Origin: an uncultured cyanobacterium
GTDB taxonomy: Bacteria > Cyanobacteriota > Cyanobacteriia > PCC-9006 > JAAUQQ01
Assembly: GCA_963718615.1 (NCBI GenBank)
Contig: OY970368.1
Coordinates: 512,001 to 576,000 of the forward strand
DNA length: 64,000 bases
Direction: 5' to 3'
Below are positions 11,291 to 21,097 of the stretch, piece by piece. The position numbers and the translations under genes are program-made. The first letter of the stretch is position 1; each line of letters begins with the position of its first letter. The notes under the pieces were generated by a model. It ran no database searches and had not been told where the DNA came from. It saw only the letters and a program-made list of their open reading frames with translations.

Positions 11291-11845
11291 ATGGATACAA
11301 CGGTATTTCATGGATTTTTTGAAGCCTGTGTAGGTGCTTGGACAACGGAGCGAACCTACCATTATTTGAGTCATCAGGAGGTGGAGCGATCGCGCACGGA
11401 GTTCAAGGTGGAGCGGGTTTCAGCAGCGCTCAAGCGGAAGGTGTTGCAAGACAACCAGTATGGGATGCCGGACAATCTTGAGGCGCTACCGGGATTTCAG
11501 TTGGCGTTTCATACCGTCTCTGAAACGGGAGAGGAAGTGAGCCAGGAGTTGCGGATGCTGTTTGTGATTCGTGGAGAAGCGGATGGCAAGTTAGTGGGGG
11601 ATTATTTGCGCGATCGCGCCTACGAAGAATCCCGTCCCATTGTGTCAGCTTTTCGGTTTGATCCGACGGTGCGGGAGTTGTTGATGACAACGCACTATAC
11701 GCGGACGGTTTCGGTCGATTCAATTACGCTGATTAAGCCAACGTTACGGATTCGCAAGATTTTGAATTATCGGCGTCCGCCGGAGGGTGAACCGTTAACG
11801 GATCTGGGGTTAGTCGGATTTGGGGTTGAGCAAAAGGTCGGTTAG
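11291..11845 (+). CDS. CpcS/CpeS-family phycobiliprotein lyase (CpcV-like)
   Basis: FFxxxxGxWxxERTYHYL, YLRDRAY, FGVEQK pattern. Confidence 0.8.
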   Translation: MDTTVFHGFFEACVGAWTTERTYHYLSHQEVERSRTEFKVERVSAALKRKVLQDNQYGMPDNLEALPGFQLAFHTVSETGEEVSQELRMLFVIRGEADGKLVGDYLRDRAYEESRPIVSAFRFDPTVRELLMTTHYTRTVSVDSITLIKPTLRIRKILNYRRPPEGEPLTDLGLVGFGVEQKVG

Positions 11846-13929
11846 GACGCTGAGGCCGACTCCAGCGCCGCCAGGGCGGTTTGAATCAAAGTGCGAAAAT
11901 GGGGCTGCCGCACATCCACTGGCTGCGCCTCTAGCCGACTGCGACCCAATAGCCCTGTGACCTGGCCTTGTTGAACAGCCAACACATGGCCCCGATCATT
12001 GCGAATGCGCAGTTCTGAGCCCGTTTCCTGATTTTCGAGCACACAGGTGTAGTGGCGATCGCCCAACCAAAAGATCGCGCGTTGGGGTTTAGGGGGGGCA
12101 GAGCGGGGGGTGGGGCGAGACTTGGGTTTGGGTTTGGGGGGGGAAGAGAATTGGAGCGGTTGGAGTGGTTGGATGATTTGGGCTTGGAGGGCTTGGCGTT
12201 GGGCGATCGCCTTCTGTGCCACGCGCATTCCGGCCACTTCTAGTTGCAGTGTCACCTGGTCTTTCCAGCAATTTTCTTTGAGTTTGTAGGCAATATCGAC
12301 GCGATCGGGCAGGGGACAATACTCGGCCCAGCGCCAGACAATGCCGGATAATACATTGCCCTCCTGTTCGAGGGTCAGTTTGACATGGCCTGTGCCGACC
12401 ACCCGCTGGTCTTTGACGCGAACATCTTCGCTCCAGAAAATCGGTTCCGGATTGCCGATGCCCCAGGGATTAAGCTCGTCGATTTGCTGATACAACGCCA
12501 GTGTCAGCTCGGAAAATTCGGCTCGGCTATCAATCCGAACTAACGGTTTGAGCTGCTCCGGCTGAAGCCGTTCTAGGGCAAAGGCCTGAAGCCGAGTTTG
12601 GAAGGCTTCGAAGTTTTCGACCTTGAGCGTGAATCCGCCAGCGGCCTGATGTCCACCGTATTTTTCCAGCCATGGGTCGCAGGACTGGAGCGCTTCAAAT
12701 ACATGGAATTCCGGAATACCTCGGGCGGAACCGCGAATCGTATCGCGTCCTTCATAGGTGGCAATGAACACGGGCATGCCGTAGCGCTCGACCAAGCGGG
12801 AAGCCACAATGCCGATGACACCATGGTGCCAGTTGTCTTGGAGCAGCAGCAAGACGCGGGTTTTGATGGGGTTGAGGTTGCTTTGCTCGCAGAGGGCGAT
12901 CGCCTCTCGCTCAATGTCTTCGCACAATTGCCGCCGGTCCTGGTTCGCGAGTTCGCATGCTTCGGCTTTCTGCCGCGCCACGTTCCAGTCGTCGGTGGTG
13001 AGCAAATCAATGATCACCTGGGGGTCACCGATGCGGCCAATGGCATTGATGCGTGGGCCAAGCCGGAAGCCAATATCCTCAGGTTTAAGACTGCGGTTAC
13101 TGGTGTTGACACCGGAGCTTTCAATCAGCGCCTGAATGCCGGGAATTCGAGACTGGGGCAGTTTGGCCAATCCTTGGCGGAGCCAACGTCGATTAACGCC
13201 AACGAGGGCGGCAAGGTCGGCGATCGTACCGAGGGTAAAGAGTTCCAGAAGTGGATCGATAAATTCTTCCAGGCGACCCAGTTGCTGGGCTAACGAAACC
13301 GCCAGAATATAGGCAACCCCCACCCCGGCCATGCCCGCATAGGCAGAGTCCGGCGGAATCAGCTTGGGATTGAGAATGGCATTGGCGGGCGGAAGTTCGT
13401 CGGGCAACTCGTGGTGGTCGGTAATGATTACGGTTAGCCCTAACTCGCGGGCGCGGGCGATCGGCTCCACGGCGGTGATGCCATTGTCCACGGTCAAAAT
13501 CAGTCGTACACCCTCCCCATGGAAATCTTCGACGATCCGTTCATTGATTCCGTAGCCTTCGGTCATGCGGCTGGGAATGGCATAATCCACGTCGCCGCCC
13601 AAATAGCGCAAAGCCCGCAGCAGCAGCGCCGTGCTGGTCATGCCATCGGCATCGTAGTCGCCGCAAATCGCAATTTTGTCATGGTTCCGAAGCGCTTGCT
13701 CCAGCAACTCAACGCATTCCGCCAGGGCCGGAAACACCTCCAAGGGGTCGGGCAACGGTTGTCGTTCGGGATAGAGAAAAGCTTCAGCGGCTGCGGCGCT
13801 GGTGATCTCGCGGTTGACTAACACAGCGGCGACGAGGGGAGATAGCCCGGTGGTTTGGGCGATCGCCTCCACAATCTCAGGCTGTTCGGGGTAGGGTTGC
13901 CACCGTTGGGTGGGTAGGGGCTGAGCCAT
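11842..13929 (-). CDS. recJ: single-stranded-DNA-specific exonuclease RecJ with C-terminal extension
   Basis: GDYDADG, TDHH, GTIAD, GSARG and GGHQAAGG motifs. Confidence 0.95.
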   Translation of the reverse strand: MAQPLPTQRWQPYPEQPEIVEAIAQTTGLSPLVAAVLVNREITSAAAAEAFLYPERQPLPDPLEVFPALAECVELLEQALRNHDKIAICGDYDADGMTSTALLLRALRYLGGDVDYAIPSRMTEGYGINERIVEDFHGEGVRLILTVDNGITAVEPIARARELGLTVIITDHHELPDELPPANAILNPKLIPPDSAYAGMAGVGVAYILAVSLAQQLGRLEEFIDPLLELFTLGTIADLAALVGVNRRWLRQGLAKLPQSRIPGIQALIESSGVNTSNRSLKPEDIGFRLGPRINAIGRIGDPQVIIDLLTTDDWNVARQKAEACELANQDRRQLCEDIEREAIALCEQSNLNPIKTRVLLLLQDNWHHGVIGIVASRLVERYGMPVFIATYEGRDTIRGSARGIPEFHVFEALQSCDPWLEKYGGHQAAGGFTLKVENFEAFQTRLQAFALERLQPEQLKPLVRIDSRAEFSELTLALYQQIDELNPWGIGNPEPIFWSEDVRVKDQRVVGTGHVKLTLEQEGNVLSGIVWRWAEYCPLPDRVDIAYKLKENCWKDQVTLQLEVAGMRVAQKAIAQRQALQAQIIQPLQPLQFSSPPKPKPKSRPTPRSAPPKPQRAIFWLGDRHYTCVLENQETGSELRIRNDRGHVLAVQQGQVTGLLGRSRLEAQPVDVRQPHFRTLIQTALAALESASAS

Positions 13930-14023
13930 GGTTAATATGCTAAATCAGGGCTGGAGTTTAGGCTTGATCAACCATCGTCCCAACCCAGGATAGGTCCAAC
14001 TGACCAGGTTCAACTTACCGCGA

Positions 14024-14506
14024 TTAGAGCACCGCGAGGCTGCCATCGTCGCGTAAATATACAGAGCGATCGCCCGGTGGCCGAAATCCCGGTGTAATTT
14101 CGATGCGCAGCAGCTGCGGTTTGGGCTGGGTCACCTTGGCCTTGAGCGGCAGCCCCAGGGAATCCCAAAAGACCACGGAGGAGTTGTCGATCGTATCCCC
14201 TCGCCGGGTTAGGCGGAAGCTCCGGGTCGGTGCAACGGGAATGGGATCACTGCCCTGGACTTCTTCGAGTAGGATTAAACCCGCAGTTTGATTCACAACT
14301 TCTACTTCCACGGGTTTCCCCGGCACAAACCGCACGGGTTTGGGGCCGCAGTTAGAAGCACAGGTGCCCGCTTGGGCCGGAGCACTGGGGACCAGCGCGG
14401 CGAAGGAACTGCCCAGCAGCAGCAAGCCCAAACAGGTTCCCCCTAAACCGATTCCCCGTAAACCCAGGCTTCGCATCAACGGATTCAATCGCGTTATTGA
14501 TTGCAT
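14024..14506 (-). CDS. secreted hypothetical protein
   Basis: Signal peptide ending PAQA, CASNC pair, beta-rich mature region; start chosen at MQSITR. Confidence 0.7.
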   Translation of the reverse strand: MQSITRLNPLMRSLGLRGIGLGGTCLGLLLLGSSFAALVPSAPAQAGTCASNCGPKPVRFVPGKPVEVEVVNQTAGLILLEEVQGSDPIPVAPTRSFRLTRRGDTIDNSSVVFWDSLGLPLKAKVTQPKPQLLRIEITPGFRPPGDRSVYLRDDGSLAVL

Positions 14507-14598
14507 GATTGCGCTCCATCCACCGTGAGGTTGCAGTCTTATCATGACGCAAAAATGGGCTCGTTTTCTAGGCAAAACCGGACAGGCCCCCAAAAGAG

Positions 14599-15471
14599 CT
14601 ACGACTGCACAGCCTGAAGCAAATCGCGATGGACGGCTTCGCTGGTGGCAACTACGATTCCTGGCCAGACAAAGCTCGGGCAGTCCTTCAACGGGGGAGG
14701 CGGGTTACCGTCGTGGGTGGTGACGATACAACCGGCTTCCTGGGCGAGGAAGGCGATCGCCGCCCCATCAATAAACTGCGCTCCAGCCAACACAGCGCCA
14801 GCAAATGTGCCATTGAGTAGCCCCGCCGTATTAGGCATGGCGGCTTCCGCCGAATACATCTCGTGCAAGTCGTAAATCTCGTACTGCCCCGCTAGTTTTG
14901 CTCCCGCCGCTCCCATGCCCCCTCCGAGGTAGATGGCGTTTTGTTGAGGGATAATCCTATGGGGTTGACAATCCTCTAAAGCCTCTGTCAGTCGGCCTCG
15001 GAACGTCCCCTCGCCTCGCAGGGCATAAAAATACTGGTCCTGGGCCGGATTAATCAACAGCACCGCCTCAAAGCCATCCCCATTGAGCACATTCAAAATA
15101 ATTTGATAATAGGGATGACCATCTGCATAAAAGCGAGTGCCATCAATAGGATCAAGGGTCACGAGATAATCCCCTTGGGGGCCAAGAGTAATACTTCGGA
15201 AGTATTTAGTGTTAAAAGATTTTTCATGTTCTTCGCCAAAGAAACGTAATTGAGGAAAGTAGCCTAGAAGCAAAACCTCTACAAAGGTTTGAATCGACAA
15301 ATCCGCATCGGTCAGCGCCGAAGCAAAGGGATTATCAGGGTAGTCTTTCTCTGGTTGCTCGGCGATACGGCTTTGGATTTCCTGGGCGTAGGCCGCTGCG
15401 ACTTTGAGATGGGGCAGCAGTGCTGCAATGATTTGGCGAGGGGTGGGTAGGGTGGCGATCGGGTTAGACAT
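14599..15471 (-). CDS. inositol monophosphatase / FIG-superfamily phosphatase
   Basis: LTDAD, FGEE, DPIDGT, DGAA...EAG motifs. Confidence 0.85.
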   Translation of the reverse strand: MSNPIATLPTPRQIIAALLPHLKVAAAYAQEIQSRIAEQPEKDYPDNPFASALTDADLSIQTFVEVLLLGYFPQLRFFGEEHEKSFNTKYFRSITLGPQGDYLVTLDPIDGTRFYADGHPYYQIILNVLNGDGFEAVLLINPAQDQYFYALRGEGTFRGRLTEALEDCQPHRIIPQQNAIYLGGGMGAAGAKLAGQYEIYDLHEMYSAEAAMPNTAGLLNGTFAGAVLAGAQFIDGAAIAFLAQEAGCIVTTHDGNPPPPLKDCPSFVWPGIVVATSEAVHRDLLQAVQS

Positions 15472-15534
15472 AGGAACTGAAGGTTAGGAACTGAAGGTTA
15501 GGAACTGGAAATAACGAAGGCATGTATGGCATCC

Positions 15535-15735
15535 CTAATAATCACTATCTGCCACACAAATGCCCTGACATTTAATGCCATTCGACGCCGTTCGTAAACA
15601 ATGGGGACAGAGCACCTTTTCAGCGGGTGAAACTTGCCGATTGTCTGTCGGCTTATCTATTCGCTGATCTGTTGGCTGATCTTCAATCAAAGTTGAATCT
15701 GCTCCATTCAGCGATCGCTCCCTTTCCTGACTCAT
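15535..15735 (-). CDS. small Cys-rich hypothetical protein
   Basis: 66 aa, C-terminal CPHC-x9-C-x3-C; GAGG RBS; co-oriented with its neighbours. Confidence 0.7.
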   Translation of the reverse strand: MSQERERSLNGADSTLIEDQPTDQRIDKPTDNRQVSPAEKVLCPHCLRTASNGIKCQGICVADSDY

Positions 15736-15753
15736 GCTCCCCTCCTCAAATTA

Positions 15754-16527
15754 CTAACCATTTTGCGGTTGCTCCATTCGCTCCCGCAGACGCTGGGCCG
15801 TGCGCAAAATCTGCCCCGCCAACACCGCCGCCCCAAATCCATTGTCAATATTCATCACTCCCAAACCCGCTGCGCAGGAATTCAACATCCCCAGCAGCGC
15901 CGCTAAACCGCCAAAACTCGCTCCATAGCCTACACTCGTGGGCACCGCAATCACCGGGCAATTCGCCAAGCCCCCCACGACACTGGGCAACGCCCCTTCC
16001 ATCCCCGCCACGACGATTAGCACATCTGCCCGGTCCAAAACCTCGCGGTTATCCAACAGCCGATGAATCCCCGCCACCCCCACATCCCAAAGCCGCTCCA
16101 CTTGAAACCCACAGAGCTCCGCCGTGATTGCCGCCTCCTCCGCAACGGGCAAGTCCGAGGTGCCCGCCGTTAGAATTCCGATAGTGCCCGGTTGGGCGAT
16201 CGCCTGCACTGCCGGAATCGCACAGATCCGCGCCACCTCAAAATACTGTGTTCCCAGCATCTGAGTTTGGATGTCTGCATAAATCGCCGGTCCAACCCGA
16301 GTTGCCATTATCGCCCGCTGTTTACTGGTGCGATCGCGCTGGGCTTTCATAATCTGCGCAATCTGCGCCGCACTTTTGTCCTGTCCCCAAATCACCTCTG
16401 GAAAGCCGGTGCGAATTGCTCGATGGTGGTCTACTTTGGCAAAGTTAGAAACTGCTTCATATTGGGAATGGGGCAAGGATGAATGGGGCAAGGGTAAATG
16501 GGAAAAAGGTTCATCGGTCATGGCCAT
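15754..16527 (-). CDS. larB: LarB/CpmA-family (PurE-like) protein
   Basis: DHHRxxRTGFPEV, AGTSD, DVGVAG, AGMEGALPS, PTSVGYG, IDNGFGA. Confidence 0.9.
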   Translation of the reverse strand: MAMTDEPFSHLPLPHSSLPHSQYEAVSNFAKVDHHRAIRTGFPEVIWGQDKSAAQIAQIMKAQRDRTSKQRAIMATRVGPAIYADIQTQMLGTQYFEVARICAIPAVQAIAQPGTIGILTAGTSDLPVAEEAAITAELCGFQVERLWDVGVAGIHRLLDNREVLDRADVLIVVAGMEGALPSVVGGLANCPVIAVPTSVGYGASFGGLAALLGMLNSCAAGLGVMNIDNGFGAAVLAGQILRTAQRLRERMEQPQNG

Positions 16528-16542
16528 AGGGCTTTAGTCGCT

Positions 16543-18324
16543 CTAATCTAGGACAGTTAGCTGATCGAGGTTCCAAAATGCGCCGCCGATGACTGAATAT
16601 TGGATGCCTTGGATGCGATCGCGCACCGCTTCTAACTCTAGGGGTTTGACCAAATAAATAAACGGCAGTTGTTCCTGGGCAATTTTCTGAAATTCGGTGT
16701 AGATCTTCTTGCGTTTGGCATCATCCAATTCCTGCACACCCGCTGAAAACAGAGCATCAATCTTCTTCTCCCAATCCGAGACTTCCCAACCCGTCAGAGC
16801 CGTATCCCCCGCCTCTGGCCCTTGATTAAACTGATGCAGCGAGCCTTTGCTGTTCCAGATATTAAATCCACTATGGGGTTCCAGGCCACCCCCTCCAAAA
16901 CCACCGACATAGGCTTCCCATTTGCGGGAGGTCAGGGTTTGAAGCACCGTATTAAAGCTCACCACTTGCAGATTAGCCTTGATGCCCAGTGCGGCCAGAT
17001 CTTGACTAATTTGGGCGGCCATATCTACCCTGGCTTTCTCCTCAGACTTCACCAACAGCGTAAATTCAACACGATTGCCCTGTTCATCTAATAATTCATT
17101 TTGATCGTTATATTGAAATCCCGCTTCTAGCAAAAGCTGCTTCGCTTTTTCAGGATTGTAATCGTAGGCCCGAACCCCTTCGTCGACCCCTGCATGAAAG
17201 GGCGTTTGCTGATCGAGGGCGGAGTCTTGAACAGCACCAATGCCCCGAAAGATATTATCCTGCATGCGTTGGCGATCGAGTCCATAGGCTACCGCTTGAC
17301 GAAACTTAGTTTTGTTAAACCAGCGGGATTTCATCGGATTCACTAGGGATTTACCATCTGCATCTTTAGCCTTATTGAGATTAAAGCTGAGATTACGAGA
17401 GCCTAGCTCAGGGCCACCATTATAAATCGTGAATCCACCTCGTTTTTCTTCTTGCTTGAGTAAGGGAAATGCCTCCGGTTTGACCTCTAAATTATCGAGA
17501 TCACCGGAGCGAAAGCGAATCATTTGGTTGGTATCCGACTCAATAATCTGCAACACAATCCGCTCGATGCGTGGTAGGTTGCCGCCCTGCTCATCCTTGC
17601 GCCAGTAGTAGGGATTGGGCTTAAACACCAAGCGTTCGCTAGGACGATAGGACTCGATCATATAGGGGCCATTGCCCACGATCTCCTTCGGGTTTGTATC
17701 CGTTCCCCACATCGTCAAAAATTTAAGATTTCCCTTGGCATCTTTTTCCTGGATCGACGTTTCGAAAATATGCTTAGGCAAAATCGTCACCCCGCTGTTG
17801 CGTAACAGTGGAGCATAGGGTTGCGTGACGGCAATGCGCACCCGCTGATTGTCCACTTTGCTCACCGAGGGATAGCTGCCATCGCCCGTTTGCAGAATGT
17901 CGCGAATGCTGGTCGGGATATTTTCGTTTAGATAAATCTCGTTAAAGGTAAACACCACATCATCCACCGTCAGCGGTGCGCCATCGGACCAACGCAGCCC
18001 CGGACGCAGTTTAAACGTGATGCTCTTCTTATCCTTAGAAATCTCCCAGGATTCAGCCAGACCGGGCTCAATCTCCCCCGTGATGCCGTTGGTTTCTAAC
18101 ATGCCCTGCTGGATTAAGCCAAAAACCGCGTTGCTAAACAGCGAATCGTTGATGGGGGAATTGAAAGTGCTGGGATCGCTGGGGGTTGCCATAATCATTT
18201 CTGGCACCTGCGCCGCTTCGGTGCGAAGCTGCCGTGCCGAGCAACTGCCGATGCCAAGAGCCAGAAGGGCAGCGAGGCTGAAGCTCATCAGGATTGTCCA
18301 AGGGCGATGCAGTTGCTGAATCAT
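16543..18324 (-). CDS. peptide/nickel ABC transporter substrate-binding lipoprotein (family 5)
   Basis: Lipobox GSC, DPSTFN, LAESWEIS, LRWSDG, GNGPY. Confidence 0.9.
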   Translation of the reverse strand: MIQQLHRPWTILMSFSLAALLALGIGSCSARQLRTEAAQVPEMIMATPSDPSTFNSPINDSLFSNAVFGLIQQGMLETNGITGEIEPGLAESWEISKDKKSITFKLRPGLRWSDGAPLTVDDVVFTFNEIYLNENIPTSIRDILQTGDGSYPSVSKVDNQRVRIAVTQPYAPLLRNSGVTILPKHIFETSIQEKDAKGNLKFLTMWGTDTNPKEIVGNGPYMIESYRPSERLVFKPNPYYWRKDEQGGNLPRIERIVLQIIESDTNQMIRFRSGDLDNLEVKPEAFPLLKQEEKRGGFTIYNGGPELGSRNLSFNLNKAKDADGKSLVNPMKSRWFNKTKFRQAVAYGLDRQRMQDNIFRGIGAVQDSALDQQTPFHAGVDEGVRAYDYNPEKAKQLLLEAGFQYNDQNELLDEQGNRVEFTLLVKSEEKARVDMAAQISQDLAALGIKANLQVVSFNTVLQTLTSRKWEAYVGGFGGGGLEPHSGFNIWNSKGSLHQFNQGPEAGDTALTGWEVSDWEKKIDALFSAGVQELDDAKRKKIYTEFQKIAQEQLPFIYLVKPLELEAVRDRIQGIQYSVIGGAFWNLDQLTVLD

Positions 18325-18397
18325 AGAACACTAGACTTAAAACGTTAGACCGAAGGGGAAGAAGCAGTCCGAGAGTGTGCGAGTCATGGGCACCGAG

Positions 18398-19432
18398 TTA
18401 ACTGGTTGATGCTCGTTGAATCATGGACTGTACAGCCAAATTCGTGTTGATAGACATCAGTTCAAGGTCTGGATGACGGTTGGGGAAGACCCGAAAAACT
18501 TCATCAGCAAAGGCTTGCCCGATCGCCTCTACCTCTGAAAAATCAAAAATGACAACTTTGAACTTATCGACCCTAGCGAGCAGTCGTTTGGCTTGCGATC
18601 GCGACACTAGCTGCTCATCCCCATATTGAGCCAATCGTACTGGAACTACAGTTTTGATAAAGCCATAGCCCTCATCTAACGTTGCAGAGAACTGATCAAA
18701 GACAGTCTTACAATCTCGCTGGGTTTGATTCTCTAACCGCATGAGAACCGTAGTACCCAATTGATTCTGAGGATGTTCTAAGATCCAGTCTTCAATGAAG
18801 TTGATTTGGTGAGAGAACGTCACATTGCCCGAAACAACCGCAAATTGATCAAATAGACGCGAACTGAAAAAGATTCCCTGACCCGAATGATGATCTGGGT
18901 CTGTGGTGAGTTTACCTTTGGCAAGTTCCAAAACAGCATGACGCTCATCCAGTAAATTCATTTCGCGCTGAATCTTTCGGAAAATACCTTCACCATCATC
19001 CTGAATGGTAATTTCTGTCGTAGTCACAGTCTGAAGAACTTTTATTTTCACGATTGTCCCGGCAGAATGATCGATCGCATTGTTCAGCATTTCTGTAAAC
19101 CCATAAAACCAAATCTCTACAGCATTGGGAAATAAGCCAATGAGCAGGGGTTTTACCTCTCGGGTCCAGATTATATCCTCAGAGAGGAGAGGTTGAAGGG
19201 GATAGGTCTGCTCCCATTGCAAGCCGATCGGCAAAGCATAGGACCGCTTGCTGCCAGTGCCGGTCGCTTGCAGGTCTCCTTGCTCCACCAAGCGCTTGAG
19301 ATGTTTGTTGGCTGCTTGTCGGGAAATTCCAAAGGTTTGGGCCGTGAACGCAGCGATATCAGTCCCATGTTGCGCCACATGGTTAACAATAAATTGGCGA
19401 ATTGTCTCGCCTCGCTGCCGGGTACCAGCCAT
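18398..19432 (-). CDS. winged-HTH + HATPase_c + DUF4325 (STAS-like) domain protein
   Basis: N-terminal HTH (FGISRQAANKHL), N-box EMLNNAIDHS, G1 DDGEG, GQGIF; C-terminal SRSQAKRL...DFSEVEAIGQAFADE. Confidence 0.8.
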   Translation of the reverse strand: MAGTRQRGETIRQFIVNHVAQHGTDIAAFTAQTFGISRQAANKHLKRLVEQGDLQATGTGSKRSYALPIGLQWEQTYPLQPLLSEDIIWTREVKPLLIGLFPNAVEIWFYGFTEMLNNAIDHSAGTIVKIKVLQTVTTTEITIQDDGEGIFRKIQREMNLLDERHAVLELAKGKLTTDPDHHSGQGIFFSSRLFDQFAVVSGNVTFSHQINFIEDWILEHPQNQLGTTVLMRLENQTQRDCKTVFDQFSATLDEGYGFIKTVVPVRLAQYGDEQLVSRSQAKRLLARVDKFKVVIFDFSEVEAIGQAFADEVFRVFPNRHPDLELMSINTNLAVQSMIQRASTS

Positions 19433-19466
19433 AAAAAGGTCAGGAGAGAAGTGTCAAGCCAGTCAT

Positions 19467-19522
19467 CTGTCAACCTTATCAAAACAAGGCGACAACCTTA
19501 AGCCTAGGGCTGTCAACCTTAT
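19467..19522. promoter_or_regulatory. three phased direct repeats (CTGTCAACCTTAT), putative operator
   Basis: Copies at 19467, 19489 (degenerate) and 19510, spaced 22 and 21 bp, just upstream of the HTH gene start. Confidence 0.55.
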
Positions 19523-19559
19523 GGCGATCGCCCCCTCAGAACAGAAGCCACCCAAGCCC

Positions 19560-20048
19560 CTAAGCCTCTGTTTGCGTGAGCAGCGCCACGGCATAGGCGG
19601 CGATGCCTTCTTCCCGCCCGGTGGGACCCAGTTTTTCGTTCGTGGTGGCTTTGACGCCCACTTGGTCTTCGGCAACCCCAAGCACAAAGGCCAGTTTCGA
19701 GCGCATCGTGCCAATGTGAGGTTTCATCTTGGGCCGTTCAGCGACGATGACGGAATCAATATTGCTGACCTGCCAGCCCTTTTCCTGAATCAGTCCATTG
19801 ACCGCTGCGAGTAATTTTAGACTATCGGCCCCTTTCCACTGGTCATCTGTGGGGGGAAAATAGTGGCCAATATCGCCCAGGCTCAGAGCTCCGAGCATGG
19901 CATCCATGATCGCGTGGGTTAACACATCGGCATCGCTATGGCCTTCGAGACCCAGTTCGTGGGGGAGGGTGACGCCACCGATGATTAAGGGGCGATTGGG
20001 GCCGAGGCGATGAATGTCGTAGCCGTTGCCGATGCGAATCGAGGTCAT
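19560..20048 (-). CDS. ispF: 2-C-methyl-D-erythritol 2,4-cyclodiphosphate synthase
   Basis: Gx[29 protein letters not shown]. Confidence 0.97.
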   Translation of the reverse strand: MTSIRIGNGYDIHRLGPNRPLIIGGVTLPHELGLEGHSDADVLTHAIMDAMLGALSLGDIGHYFPPTDDQWKGADSLKLLAAVNGLIQEKGWQVSNIDSVIVAERPKMKPHIGTMRSKLAFVLGVAEDQVGVKATTNEKLGPTGREEGIAAYAVALLTQTEA

Positions 20049-20091
20049 GGATTTAGGAGGAGGAACGCTAAAGCATCACGGAATAACGCCC

Positions 20092-21096
20092 CTATTCTAG
20101 GGTGTTTTGCTCTAGGGTGTTTTGCTCTAGGGAGAAGGGACAGGACTCAGCGTTGGAGGAAGAGCTTGGGGGATTGAGCGATTTGGAGGTTTCCTGGAAA
20201 AGGGCGATCGCCAAATCCCGCACCATCGCTTCATCCTTAAATTGCGCCCCTAGCTTACGTTTTGCAACCTCAACACAAAGACCCATCAAGTCTGCGGAGG
20301 CTTCAACCTGCTGCATCAGAGGAGGAAGGTTGGAGGGGCGTTTTTGCGATCGCAACGCCATCTCCGCCGAAAACGCCGTCGCAATATCCCGAGCCGGGAG
20401 GGCAAAAATGCCGATGCCCAAAAACGCCAAAATTGCGCTGAGAAACTTCCCCAAGGGCGTAATCGGATGGACATCCCCATAGCCAACGGTTGTCAGCGTA
20501 ATCACCCCCCACCACATGGCGGCAGGGATACTGGCAAAGTCCTGGGGCTGAGCATCCCGTTCGATGAAATACATCAGACTGGAGGCAATTACCAGCAGCG
20601 TCATCACCACAAACAAGGTCGTCAGCAACTCATCCCGCTTATCCCGCAGCACCCGAACAAAAATCTGAGTTGATTCGGAGTAGCGAATGAGCTTAAACAA
20701 CCGCAGCAGCCGGAAAAAGGGTCCCAGCAGTGTTGCCCAACCCACCGGCAAGAGGTTGAGCAGATAAAACGGCAAAAAAGCAGCTAAATCCAGGAGCGCA
20801 AAAACCGTGCACCCATAGCGCAGCCGTCCTCGAAGCGGTTGGGCATAGGCTGGATCTTCGACACAGACCCAGAGGCGCAGCAAATACTCCAGGGTGAACG
20901 CGGTGATGATGATGATTTCGGTGGTGCGGAAGGCGATCGCCCCCCCCTGCGCCAAGTCCTCAAAACTCTCCAAAATCAACGCCGCCACGTCGATCGCAAT
21001 TAACCCCGGCACCAAATAGTTATCAATCAACGTCACCGGATCGGCAGGATCCGAGGCGTAGAACATCTGGTAGAGCCGCTGGCGTAGGGTTGGCAC
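20092..21096 (-). CDS. voltage-gated-type potassium channel (6TM ion transporter); GTG start inferred
   Basis: TTVGYGD selectivity filter, S4-like FRLLRLFKLIRY. Confidence 0.88.
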   Translation of the reverse strand: MPTLRQRLYQMFYASDPADPVTLIDNYLVPGLIAIDVAALILESFEDLAQGGAIAFRTTEIIIITAFTLEYLLRLWVCVEDPAYAQPLRGRLRYGCTVFALLDLAAFLPFYLLNLLPVGWATLLGPFFRLLRLFKLIRYSESTQIFVRVLRDKRDELLTTLFVVMTLLVIASSLMYFIERDAQPQDFASIPAAMWWGVITLTTVGYGDVHPITPLGKFLSAILAFLGIGIFALPARDIATAFSAEMALRSQKRPSNLPPLMQQVEASADLMGLCVEVAKRKLGAQFKDEAMVRDLAIALFQETSKSLNPPSSSSNAESCPFSLEQNTLEQNTLE

Positions 21097-21097
21097 A

